Source of the DNA: an uncultured Candidatus Saccharibacteria bacterium
Lineage (GTDB): Bacteria > Patescibacteriota > Saccharimonadia > Saccharimonadales > UBA10212
Direction of reading: 5' to 3'
Assembly: GCA_964585885.1 (NCBI GenBank)
Contig: CAZPFQ010000001.1
Location: 1-61,473 of the forward strand
DNA: 61,473 nucleotides
Below are positions 9,159 through 17,738 of the stretch, in pieces (position 1 is the stretch's first letter; the number at the start of each line of letters is the position of its first letter). The position numbers and the translations under genes were made by a program. The notes under the pieces are model-generated. The model saw nothing but the letters and a program-made list of their open reading frames with translations, was not told the DNA's origin and ran no database searches.

Positions 9159-10190
9159 ATGAAAGGCTTATTACAATCCCGCTGGCGGTTATATTTAACC
9201 ATTGGCACGTTTGGTGTCCTGGCCGTTTTAATCTATACCCTAAGACAAGAGATTGTTGATGTTATAACTAATTTGGGCAAGGTCAATACCACGGCTCTAC
9301 TGCTGATGATACCGCTGCAGGCCTGGAATTACGATAACTACGCCAGGCTCTACCAACACCTCTTTGCCATAGTTAGCAAGCCAGTAAAATATTTGCCGAT
9401 GTACCGCTTCACCTTGGAGTTGAATTTCGTGAATCACATCTTGCCCAGTGGGGGGGTCAGCGGAATATCGTACTTTAATCTGCGGGCTCGGACGCTTGGC
9501 ATCAGCCCGGCTACCTCGACATTGGTTCAGGTAACTAAACTTTTTCTACTCTATCTAAGCTTCCAGCCATTGCTGATTGTTGGCTTGTTACTACTGGCTT
9601 CTCGCGGGCATGTTAACAATCTAATATTGGTAGTGGCTACCGTGTTGATTACTCTTTTGGTGGTTGGCACTGTCGGAACGATATATATGATAGAGAGTCG
9701 CAAGCGAATCAATTCTTTTCTGACATTTCTAACCAAAGCGCTTAATCGACTCGTAAAGGTTGTTCGACCGCGCCAAGCGGATGCCATCAATATCCAAAAA
9801 GCCCAGGAAGCTTTCAACGAGCTACATGATAACTATCAGGTTTATAAAAAAAATTGGCGACAGCTGAAAAAACCTTTCTTTTTTATGATGCTCGCTAACA
9901 TTACTGAGATTGCAACACTCTACGTGGTCTATGTGGCTTTTGGCCAGTACGTTAATGTTGGCGCTGTGATATTAGCTTACGCGGTCGCCAATTTTGCCGG
10001 TCTAATTTCTGTCCTGCCCGCCGGTATAGGCATCTACGAGGCACTAATGACGGGAGTATTGGCGGCTACCGGTATTCCCGCAGAGCTGAGCATACCGGTA
10101 ACTCTGATGTATCGAGTCCTTAGTATGTTTATTCAGTTAGTACCCGGATACTTCCTCTACCAAAAAGCTCTCAGCGAGAAGGCAATATAA
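9159..10190 (+). CDS. integral membrane protein, UPF0104 / lysylphosphatidylglycerol-synthase-TM-like (flippase-like) family
   Basis: Multiple TM helices with the family-typical layout. The ORF track starts at 9093, only 15 nt from the divergent gene at 9077. ATG 9159 (MKGLLQSRWRLYL) leaves room for divergent promoters and is preferred. Confidence 0.5.
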   Translation: MKGLLQSRWRLYLTIGTFGVLAVLIYTLRQEIVDVITNLGKVNTTALLLMIPLQAWNYDNYARLYQHLFAIVSKPVKYLPMYRFTLELNFVNHILPSGGVSGISYFNLRARTLGISPATSTLVQVTKLFLLYLSFQPLLIVGLLLLASRGHVNNLILVVATVLITLLVVGTVGTIYMIESRKRINSFLTFLTKALNRLVKVVRPRQADAINIQKAQEAFNELHDNYQVYKKNWRQLKKPFFFMMLANITEIATLYVVYVAFGQYVNVGAVILAYAVANFAGLISVLPAGIGIYEALMTGVLAATGIPAELSIPVTLMYRVLSMFIQLVPGYFLYQKALSEKAI

Positions 10191-10211
10191 GAAAGGCTAC
10201 TCTTAGCGACA

Positions 10212-10733
10212 GTGATTGACTATCTTTGGTGGTTTTTCTGGATAATTTGGGCGGTCGCCATGCTGCTGATAGTAACCTATGCATTAGTACTGCCGTTTGG
10301 CGCGCCGTTTTTACCCACACTTTCAAAGCAAGTCGTTCAGGCGCTGGACGTTCTGGAGCTTAGCGCCGGCCAGAAATTCGTAGACCTAGGTTGTGGCGAC
10401 GGGCGGCTGTTGGCTGAGGCGGCTTCTCGTGGCCTCAACTGCGTCGGCTACGAGTTAAATCCGTTTTTAGCGGCTTACGCCTGGTTGCGTACCCGCCGCT
10501 TTGGCCGACGAGTAAAAATTAAGATGTCTAGTTTCTGGCGGGCTGATATTTCATCCGCCGACGGCGTGTTTGTCTTTCTCATAACACATCACATGGCCCG
10601 CTTTGACCGCTATATGTCAAAGCAAGCAAAAAACCATACAATCCGAGTCGTCAGCCACGCCTTCAAGATTCCCAAAAAAAAGCCGACGGCCAAAAAGGGG
10701 GCGATGTACCTCTATGTTTACAAAGCCCCTTGA
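10212..10733 (+). CDS. membrane-anchored class I SAM-dependent methyltransferase
   Basis: N-terminal TM, then GAPFLPT...FVDLGCGDGRLLAEAASRGLNCVGYELNP (motif I and post-I). GTG start. Confidence 0.6.
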   Translation: MIDYLWWFFWIIWAVAMLLIVTYALVLPFGAPFLPTLSKQVVQALDVLELSAGQKFVDLGCGDGRLLAEAASRGLNCVGYELNPFLAAYAWLRTRRFGRRVKIKMSSFWRADISSADGVFVFLITHHMARFDRYMSKQAKNHTIRVVSHAFKIPKKKPTAKKGAMYLYVYKAP

Positions 10734-10755
10734 GTCATTTACCATAAGCAAGAAG

Positions 10756-11436
10756 ATGAAGAAATATGACCAAAGCGGCAGTGCCTCATCAGTCGTTGCT
10801 ATATTCCTACTAGTAATCGCACTGGTTGCGGTCGCCGGGTTTGCCTACTGGGCGTTCACTGGACGTCAAGACTATAAAAACAATGTTGATAAAAAAATAG
10901 CAGCAGCCGTAACCAAGGCTAAGGCAGACCAGAGCTCGCATGATAATGATATTTTTGCCGAGCAAGCAAAATCACCGTATAGACAGTATATCGGGCCGGC
11001 AGTTTACGGTTCCGTGGCTTTTCATTACCCCAGAACCTGGAGTGCCTACGTGGACGAGACAAGCAGTACTGACCCGATCAAAGGCTACTTTCACCCCAAC
11101 ATAGTGCCGAGCATAACTGGCCAGAATAACCAAACCACCCAATTTGCTCTTAAAGTCGAACTGCTTGGCTCGGACTATTCGACCGTTGTCGGCGAGTACG
11201 ATTCGGCTATTATGCAAGGTGACGTAAAGGCGATAGCTTACTTACCGCCGCAGATGAAGCATGTCCCTGGCGTGCAAATCGGCACTAAGCTGGACGGTAT
11301 GATATCTCAAGACGTAAGTGGCTCGATGGTCATCATCAAAGTCCGGGATAAGACGCTAAAAATCTATACAGAATCACCCAAATACCTTGGTGATTTTAAC
11401 AATATTGTGCTCAATTCACTCAGTTTCCGCCCCTAG
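10756..11436 (+). CDS. membrane-anchored hypothetical protein
   Basis: Start trimmed from 10603 to ATG 10756 (MKKYDQSGS...), just before the single TM VVAIFLLVIALVAVAGFAYWAF. The extracytoplasmic domain has no motif I recognise. Confidence 0.5.
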   Translation: MKKYDQSGSASSVVAIFLLVIALVAVAGFAYWAFTGRQDYKNNVDKKIAAAVTKAKADQSSHDNDIFAEQAKSPYRQYIGPAVYGSVAFHYPRTWSAYVDETSSTDPIKGYFHPNIVPSITGQNNQTTQFALKVELLGSDYSTVVGEYDSAIMQGDVKAIAYLPPQMKHVPGVQIGTKLDGMISQDVSGSMVIIKVRDKTLKIYTESPKYLGDFNNIVLNSLSFRP

Positions 11437-11481
11437 CATTTGTTATACTGGTCGTATCCGTTATAAGAAATTATTGAGGGT

Positions 11482-12198
11482 ATGAGGTTAAGAACACCAT
11501 TGGCGCGAACTGAGAAATTGGATCCAATGTTGTCTCTTTTGGCCGCCCTAAGTGACGACCTGGCCCTGCCTCTTCTTCAGATAAAATCGTCGATTGAAAG
11601 CGGTGCACCCATTGAGCAAATGTCATTAAGCGTAGAGAACGGTCTCCGACTTGTTGAAGCCTATAAGCTCGCTCTGAGGGTCAACTTTGGCACCGAATCT
11701 ATCGAGTTGCAGCCTGTTGCTGTAGGTGCTGTACTGCAGGATGTAGCTCACGAAATGACCCCATATGCCAAAAAATATGCCACCGAGCTTCAGGTCGATG
11801 TTTCCGGCAGGTTGACTCCGGTGTTGACCCACCAACCCAGCTTGCGTATAGCTATACAGATTTTGTCGACTAGCATCATTCGTGCTCAAGCGGCGCAAGT
11901 GAAGCAAAGCAAATATAAGTTGCTTCTGGCAGCTCACCGTGGTCCCGAAGCCGTTATATCAACCGGTGTTTTTTCGGCCATTGAAGGCCTGAGTGATAAA
12001 ACCCTACGTAGTGCCCGCTCCCTCAGTGGACGCGCCCGACAACCAATTCCGGCGTTGCCGCCAGGTGCGGCCAGCGGTGTACTGATCGCTGACGTGCTAT
12101 GTAGCAGTTTATGGCAGCCTCTCCGGGCGGCCGCGCACGGCGGCTTGCAGGGAATCGCTACCGCCATACCGGTTAGCAAACAGCTGCAATTTGTTTAG
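11482..12198 (+). CDS. degenerate histidine-kinase-like protein (H-box His replaced)
   Basis: LSLLAALSDDLALPLLQIK aligns with the HisKA H-box (xSHELRTPL) but has Asp where the phospho-His sits. The regions aligning to the N, G1 and G2 boxes (ILSTSIIRA, VFSAIEGL, GAASGVLIA) lack the conserved Asn and DxGxG. Confidence 0.45.
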   Translation: MRLRTPLARTEKLDPMLSLLAALSDDLALPLLQIKSSIESGAPIEQMSLSVENGLRLVEAYKLALRVNFGTESIELQPVAVGAVLQDVAHEMTPYAKKYATELQVDVSGRLTPVLTHQPSLRIAIQILSTSIIRAQAAQVKQSKYKLLLAAHRGPEAVISTGVFSAIEGLSDKTLRSARSLSGRARQPIPALPPGAASGVLIADVLCSSLWQPLRAAAHGGLQGIATAIPVSKQLQFV

Positions 12199-12579
12199 AT
12201 GGCTAATGTTCTCGTAATAGAGTCGGACAGGCTAATAGCCAAGGATATGGCCAAGGTTCTAAAAAAAGCCGGCCACAAAGTTGATTGGCAAGTTAGTCCG
12301 CAAGCAGCTCTTAGCCGGGCTGACGCCCAGCCTCCGGACGCCATTGTGCTAGATATAATGTTGGCCGGGCATAGCGGTATAGAATTCCTGTACGAGTTTC
12401 GTAGCTATCCGGATTGGCAATCGCTACCTATCGTAATATACGGCAGCTTATCACCTGAGGAAGTCCGCGAAAGCCTGTCTGGCTTTGATAACCTAAACAT
12501 AAATGATTACTTATACAAACCAACGACGCCTCTATCTGAAATAGCCGATAGCCTTGAGCGTGCATTGCAGCTGGCATGA
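12199..12579 (+). CDS. single-domain response regulator (receiver only)
   Basis: Receiver-fold pattern with acidic pocket VIESD, candidate phospho-Asp in IVLDIML, and conserved Lys-Pro in YLYKPT. 126 aa with no output domain. The ATG directly abuts the previous stop. Confidence 0.8.
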   Translation: MANVLVIESDRLIAKDMAKVLKKAGHKVDWQVSPQAALSRADAQPPDAIVLDIMLAGHSGIEFLYEFRSYPDWQSLPIVIYGSLSPEEVRESLSGFDNLNINDYLYKPTTPLSEIADSLERALQLA

Positions 12580-13268
12580 CACGAGAGAGCACCGACGCGA
12601 TTGTACTGTCGCGCACAGACTACGGTGAGGCCGACAGGATTCTGACACTCATAACGTCCGACCAAGGTAAAATAAAGCTGATAGCTAAAGGTGTGCGACG
12701 CTCAAAAGCCAAGCTGGCAGGCAGCGTTGAGCCGTTCGGTGTCACCGCCGTCAGTTTCGTTTTTGGCAGGGGAGAGATAAAAACTCTTACTTCTGCCCGT
12801 CTTGTTACAAACTACGGCAATATCGTCAAAAGCCTGGAGCGTTCGTCAGTTGCCTATGAGCTAATGCGTCTGACAGACAGGGCTACGGAAGATAAAGCCG
12901 AACGAGGTTACTTTGACATTCTGGATACCGGCCTAGCTTCGCTTAATGACATTAACATGTCAGCGGAACTTACAGATTTGTGGTTCAAAATGCAGCTACT
13001 AAAGTTGTCTGGGCACACACCTAACATCAGTGCCGACGAGAACGGTAAAAAACTAGCCAAATCGAAATCTTACACCTTCGAACACGATAAAATGCGTTTC
13101 GAGCCGGACGAAAAAGGAAAATTTAACGAAAACCAGATAAAATTTTTGCGGCTGGGTTTTGGCAACCATTCGCCTAAAGCCCTGAGCCGCATAGCTGGGA
13201 TAGACGAATTGGTCGATAGCAGCCGCGGACTCGTTGACACTATTTTAAAAACCTACATACGCTATTAG
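12576..13268 (+). CDS. recO: DNA repair protein RecO
   Basis: DAIVLSRTDYGEADRILTLITSDQGKIKLIAKGVRRSKAKLAG is the classic RecO N-terminal OB-fold signature. The start overlaps the upstream stop (ATGA). Confidence 0.85.
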   Translation: MTRESTDAIVLSRTDYGEADRILTLITSDQGKIKLIAKGVRRSKAKLAGSVEPFGVTAVSFVFGRGEIKTLTSARLVTNYGNIVKSLERSSVAYELMRLTDRATEDKAERGYFDILDTGLASLNDINMSAELTDLWFKMQLLKLSGHTPNISADENGKKLAKSKSYTFEHDKMRFEPDEKGKFNENQIKFLRLGFGNHSPKALSRIAGIDELVDSSRGLVDTILKTYIRY

Positions 13269-13305
13269 ACGAGACAGGTGAGGGCAGGTTATAATCTTGC
13301 CTAAG

Positions 13306-14595
13306 ATGAGTGCTTCTTTAGAAGATATCGTATCCTTAAGCAAAAGGCGCGGTTTTATATATCAAGGTTCTGAAATTTACGGCGGCTTGTCCGGCACGTG
13401 GGACTGGGGACCTCTCGGTGTTCGGCTAAAACAAAACATCCAAAATGTCTGGTGGGAGCAATTCGTTAATCAGCGAGATGACACGTACCCGCTTGACTCG
13501 GCAATTCTCATGAATACCAAAGTCTGGGAAGCCAGCAGCCACCTAAAGGCTTTTAGCGACCCTTTGGTGGAGTGTAGCAACTGCCATAGCCGTTTTCGCG
13601 AAGACGAGCTCAACGATGATAAATGTCCGGCTTGCGGTAAGCAGAACACTTTTGGAGAAGCGCGTAACTTTAACTTGATGTTCGAAACTCACGTCGGACC
13701 GGTCGAAGGCGAGGATAGCGTTGCTTATCTGCGCCCCGAAACAGCGCAGGGCATTTTCACTAATTTCAAAAACGTCGTCGATAGCTTCCAGCCGGATATG
13801 CCATTTGGAATTGCCCAGATAGGTAAGGCCTTCCGCAACGAAATCAGTCCACGCGACTTTATCTTTCGCGACCGTGAACTCGAGATGATGGAAATCGAAT
13901 ATTTCTTTAATCCTACTCAGGACTGGCAGAAATTGTTCGACGGTTGGCTCGAGCAGCAAAAAAATTTCCTAATGCAAATTGGTATACCGAGCGGTAAGAT
14001 CCACCGCTTCGAGCACCCAGACAAAGACCGTAGCCATTACAGTGCAAAGACCGTAGACTGGGAATTCGATTATCCCTTCGGGCGCAAAGAACTGACAGGG
14101 CTAGCGTACCGTACCGACTTCGATCTCAAGGCCCACGAAAAACATAGCGGCAAGAACTTAGCTTACCAGCCCAAAGACGGCTCACAGCCCTTTGTACCAC
14201 ACGTTCTGGAACCTACTTTTGGCGTAGAGCGATTGGTGCTGGCACTTTTGAGCGTGGCTTATTCCGAAGACGAACAGGGTGGAGAAAAGCGTGTCTTCTT
14301 GAAGTTGCCAGAGCATATAGCGCCCATAAAAGTTGCTGTTTTCCCGCTTCTTAAAAACAAACCAGAGTTGGTTAAAAAAGCCCGTGAAGTCTTTGATAAG
14401 CTTAAGCCCGAAATTGGCAATGTCATGTGGGATGATAATGGTAACATTGGTAAGCGTTATCGTCGCCAAGACGAAATCGGCACCCCGTACTGCGTAACTA
14501 TCGACTTTGACTCTCTAGAAGACGATACCGTAACCGTTCGCCAGCGTGACACCACTGAACAGGCTCGACAGAAAATCTCCAGATTATCTTTCTAG
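13306..14595 (+). CDS. glyQS: glycine--tRNA ligase (alpha2 homodimeric type)
   Basis: IVSLSKRRGFIYQGSEIYGGLSGTWDWGPLG, class II motif 2 region FRNEISPR and an anticodon-binding C-terminus. ATG 13306 is preferred over TTG 13297. TATAAT at 13290..13295 implies a very short leader. Confidence 0.93.
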   Translation: MSASLEDIVSLSKRRGFIYQGSEIYGGLSGTWDWGPLGVRLKQNIQNVWWEQFVNQRDDTYPLDSAILMNTKVWEASSHLKAFSDPLVECSNCHSRFREDELNDDKCPACGKQNTFGEARNFNLMFETHVGPVEGEDSVAYLRPETAQGIFTNFKNVVDSFQPDMPFGIAQIGKAFRNEISPRDFIFRDRELEMMEIEYFFNPTQDWQKLFDGWLEQQKNFLMQIGIPSGKIHRFEHPDKDRSHYSAKTVDWEFDYPFGRKELTGLAYRTDFDLKAHEKHSGKNLAYQPKDGSQPFVPHVLEPTFGVERLVLALLSVAYSEDEQGGEKRVFLKLPEHIAPIKVAVFPLLKNKPELVKKAREVFDKLKPEIGNVMWDDNGNIGKRYRRQDEIGTPYCVTIDFDSLEDDTVTVRQRDTTEQARQKISRLSF

Positions 14596-14710
14596 ACAAA
14601 AACAGTAGCATCATCATAAAATAGCGCGTTGTAAAATAAACTTGTAAAATATATTGACGAGTGCTTGCTTTAGTAGCATAGTAAATTCAAAGTAGCACTC
14701 GGAGGTTTTT

Positions 14711-15292
14711 ATGAAAAGACAAAGGAGTCTATGGCCCGGGATCCGGGCAATCATCGTGTTCGGCTGCGTCGGCGTCATCTTAACCGGAGTCACTTACGCG
14801 TCACTACAAAGCAGTAATACAACCCTTGCGAATAATGTAATCAACGTCGGTACGGCTGACTTGCGTATTAGCACTGATGGGGTTAGTTTTCCGACTACCA
14901 TAAACACTGGCTTGAGTTTCAACTCTGTTGTGCCGGGAGGCGAATCTGTACCTGTTGACGGCTACAACCTATATCTTAAAAACGTTGGCTCAGTAAATCT
15001 GGCCATAAAGGCCGCCATCGGTCCGGTTTCGCCGAGTAACCCAAACGGTGTTGACCTAGGAAAAACTTACCTGCATATAACACGCGCTGACGGTAGCTAC
15101 GACCAAAGCTTCAGCCTCAAATCACTAATAGATGGCTACTCCGCTGGCGTCAATACCGGCGACACAATAAATATTGGAACGGTTGTCCAATATAAACTGA
15201 GAATTTCGATGGATTCTACGGCTTACAGCGGCTCGGGTTCGGGGGTAACAATCTCCGGCATCAACCTGGTATTTACCGGTAACGGCATATAG
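14711..15292 (+). CDS. secreted TasA/camelysin (M73)-like protein with SipW-class signal peptide
   Basis: GGAGG RBS at 14701..14705. The N-terminus ...VILTGVTYASLQSSNTTLANNVINVGTADLRIS and later FNSVVPGGESVPVDGYNLYLKNVGSVNLAIK parallel TasA (GGGTWAAFND...FASGTLDLS...LKPGDKLTKDFQFENNGSLAIK), recalled from memory. Confidence 0.55.
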   Translation: MKRQRSLWPGIRAIIVFGCVGVILTGVTYASLQSSNTTLANNVINVGTADLRISTDGVSFPTTINTGLSFNSVVPGGESVPVDGYNLYLKNVGSVNLAIKAAIGPVSPSNPNGVDLGKTYLHITRADGSYDQSFSLKSLIDGYSAGVNTGDTINIGTVVQYKLRISMDSTAYSGSGSGVTISGINLVFTGNGI

Positions 15293-15303
15293 AGGCCCGA
15301 GGT

Positions 15304-15813
15304 TTGTTTAAAACAATCCAGCGCCTACTACTAGTATCATTCGCGGTTTGTGTTTACACGGGCGCAGTGGCCGGATTATTGGCTTGGAAGCACGGCACCT
15401 ATCAATTCTCAGTGGTTGAGACCGACAGGCTGGCTCCGACAGCTAATAAGGGCGCCCTAGTGATTGCATCTAAGACTAACTATGGCTCATTGACTATGGG
15501 AAAGATAATTTTATACAAGCACAGAGGTACATTAGGCGTAGGTAAAGTTGTCGATACCAATCGGGGAATACGGATAATGTCGGCAAACACCGAAAGCGCG
15601 AAGTCTCTAAAACTTTCGCGGGAAAATGTAGTAGGGGAGCAAAGGATGACGCTACCTTTTGCAGGCACAGCGCTTCAATTTATCAGCCGACCGGTCGCCA
15701 TGGTTGCAGTGGTTTATCTGCCGGCAATGATGCTTATCCTGGCGGAACTTAAGAGACTACTACGCCACTATGGCTACAAACCATACAATCTTAACCGCTA
15801 TTTATACCGCTAG
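15304..15813 (+). CDS. SipW/Sec11-type (S26B) signal peptidase homologue with apparently substituted catalytic residues
   Basis: YQFSVVETDRLAPTANKGALVIASK aligns with SipW YQLKTVLSGSMEPTFLTGSIIAVKP. TLPFAGTALQFISRPVAMVAVVYLP aligns with QLPYAGYMLHFASQPIGTAVLLIVP. The nucleophile Ser position is Arg, and the THR His position is Gly (GVGKVVD). Confidence 0.55.
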   Translation: MFKTIQRLLLVSFAVCVYTGAVAGLLAWKHGTYQFSVVETDRLAPTANKGALVIASKTNYGSLTMGKIILYKHRGTLGVGKVVDTNRGIRIMSANTESAKSLKLSRENVVGEQRMTLPFAGTALQFISRPVAMVAVVYLPAMMLILAELKRLLRHYGYKPYNLNRYLYR

Positions 15814-15833
15814 ACCGGTGATATGATTAAGCA

Positions 15834-16388
15834 ATGAACGAGAAATCAAAAGTCTACGCATTCATAGATAGCCAGAACGTAAATGTTAGCACCCAAAAGT
15901 TCGGCTGGAAGATGGACTGGCGTAAATTCCGGAGATTCTTACAGAACCGATACGGTGTGACTCAAGCCTACATGTTTATCGGCTATGTACCCGAATACCA
16001 AGATATGTACGAATTTTTACACGATGCCGGCTATTCCGTAGTGTTAAAACCAACTTATGACATGAGCAAACCACGAGACGTAGTAGCCCAACCACAACCC
16101 AAAGAAAAAACAGAATCCGAGGAAAAGAAGCCAGTCAAAGGCAACGTCGACGCAGAACTAGTGCTGTGGGCCATGAAGGAGATAGAGCAATACGATAAAG
16201 CCATAATTATCAGCGGCGACGGTGATTTTTACTGCCTTGTTGAGTACCTAGAGCAGCAAGGTAAGTTATTTAAGTTATTGCCGCCGAACGTCCATTACTC
16301 GAGGCTGTATCGCCCCTACAAAAAATACATAGACCATTTAGGCAACTACAGGCGCGAGCTAGCTTACCGCGACCGCAAAAAGAACTAA
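15834..16388 (+). CDS. NYN/LabA-like domain protein (predicted PIN-like RNase fold)
   Basis: VYAFIDSQNVNVS, GNVDAELVLWAM and IIISGDGDFYCLVEYL give the conserved acidic residues of the NYN/LabA family, with an inserted K/E-rich loop. Confidence 0.7.
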   Translation: MNEKSKVYAFIDSQNVNVSTQKFGWKMDWRKFRRFLQNRYGVTQAYMFIGYVPEYQDMYEFLHDAGYSVVLKPTYDMSKPRDVVAQPQPKEKTESEEKKPVKGNVDAELVLWAMKEIEQYDKAIIISGDGDFYCLVEYLEQQGKLFKLLPPNVHYSRLYRPYKKYIDHLGNYRRELAYRDRKKN

Positions 16389-16402
16389 ACAGAGGAGGTC
16401 TT

Positions 16403-17644
16403 TTATTCAGCCTTGAAGGCTCTTTTTTTGGCTTTTTTTAGTGCGTGCCTCCTAGGTGTGATCAGATCATCTGGAACTTTCAGATCTGTTAGGTAATCTT
16501 TGCTTGGCGGCCAAAGGTCATTAAAAACGCCTAGCCATGTGGCAGTAATTTCAACGTCGCCGGCAGTTACATGAGGAGCTTCCTTTCTAATTGAACCAAC
16601 AAACCCCCGCGTCTTTACCGTCTCGACTGATTCAGTACTGACAGAAAGCTTCCATACAGACTGATTGGCCGAGAGCAGTTCATCAACAACTATATATTTT
16701 GCGTACCTTGTTAATGCTTCTTTCTCGCTTTTTGCACCTTCGAACAACTCTTGCGGAAATCGTCCAGAAGATATGTCAGACAGTTTAGCCTCTCGGAGGG
16801 TGGCAGCCTCACTTTTGTGCTTATGATAAGCTGCATGAAGTTCTTCCTGATAGAGCCGCAGACTGCCATCAAATCTCTTGGCAAGTGTAGTTGCTGAGGG
16901 GCAAAGTCTCTTAGTAGAGAAATAATCAATTAAAAATTGGGTAGGCATCATTTCAGAATTTGCCTCCATGAATTTTACTCCCCAATCAAGACACTCTTCT
17001 CTCTCCCATCTACTAACGTTAGGGTAGCCGCCTAATTCGTATAGGTTTCCTAGCGACCCAACTCTAGAAATAATCACGTTCAACGATGGGTTTGCAACGT
17101 CTGAGTGATGACTCTCAATTAAGTCATCTCTATTCGGCTTTCTTCCAAGTTCGTTAGATAAACGACGAACGTAATCGCCGAAGTCAACTGATGTCCAATT
17201 GTCAAAGATTCCAACTTTTTTGGTGTTTCGCAAACCAAGTTCCATATAAAACCGGCTCAGGCTTCCAAAAGACGGATGATTAGTAATCTCCCAGACGCTG
17301 GGTCCAATACCAAGCCTGTTTGCTCGAGTCAATATCGACTCGTTCATAGATCTTTTATTTGGATCTTCGGGTTCACCAACCACCTCGCATATCCAACTGC
17401 CGTACTTTAAGAGTTGGCGCTTTGTTTGTTTTGGCCGCTTCTCTTGAGCAATCGGAGGAACTTCAATCTCTTCATTTAGTAAGATTTCTCGTAGATTGCG
17501 TACATGTGAATCCGTACCACGTTCTTCTAAATGAGCGTCTAATGCAACTTGCCCAACCAGTAATTTTCTGGTTTCCAAATCGAAATAGTACTGAGCTTCT
17601 TCCTCCACCACTCTGCCAGCTTCAGGTGATGCCATTAACTCCAA
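16403..17644 (-). CDS. hypothetical protein with three internal ~60-aa repeats (homing-endonuclease-associated-repeat-like)
   Basis: 413-aa ORF, AT-richer than its neighbours. The repeats start near LKYGSW..., WTSVDFGDYV... and WEREECLDWG..., and each ends in a G-S-L/F-x-x-x-Y/L pattern. No catalytic motif recognised. Confidence 0.6.
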   Translation of the reverse strand: MELMASPEAGRVVEEEAQYYFDLETRKLLVGQVALDAHLEERGTDSHVRNLREILLNEEIEVPPIAQEKRPKQTKRQLLKYGSWICEVVGEPEDPNKRSMNESILTRANRLGIGPSVWEITNHPSFGSLSRFYMELGLRNTKKVGIFDNWTSVDFGDYVRRLSNELGRKPNRDDLIESHHSDVANPSLNVIISRVGSLGNLYELGGYPNVSRWEREECLDWGVKFMEANSEMMPTQFLIDYFSTKRLCPSATTLAKRFDGSLRLYQEELHAAYHKHKSEAATLREAKLSDISSGRFPQELFEGAKSEKEALTRYAKYIVVDELLSANQSVWKLSVSTESVETVKTRGFVGSIRKEAPHVTAGDVEITATWLGVFNDLWPPSKDYLTDLKVPDDLITPRRHALKKAKKRAFKAE

Positions 17645-17738
17645 TTATATCAAGTTAAGAACAATAGTTTTCGACGGAAGGGCTATCACTAGCATGATTT
17701 AATCCTCTAGCATAAGCCTTTTTGCTAAAATAGGGCTA

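Noticed and set aside
10050-10090. LAATG in the UPF0104 membrane protein as a sortase (class E, LAXTG) substrate signal.
   Set aside because: The motif is internal to a polytopic membrane protein (GVLAATGIPAEL). It is not followed by a C-terminal hydrophobic segment plus a basic tail.
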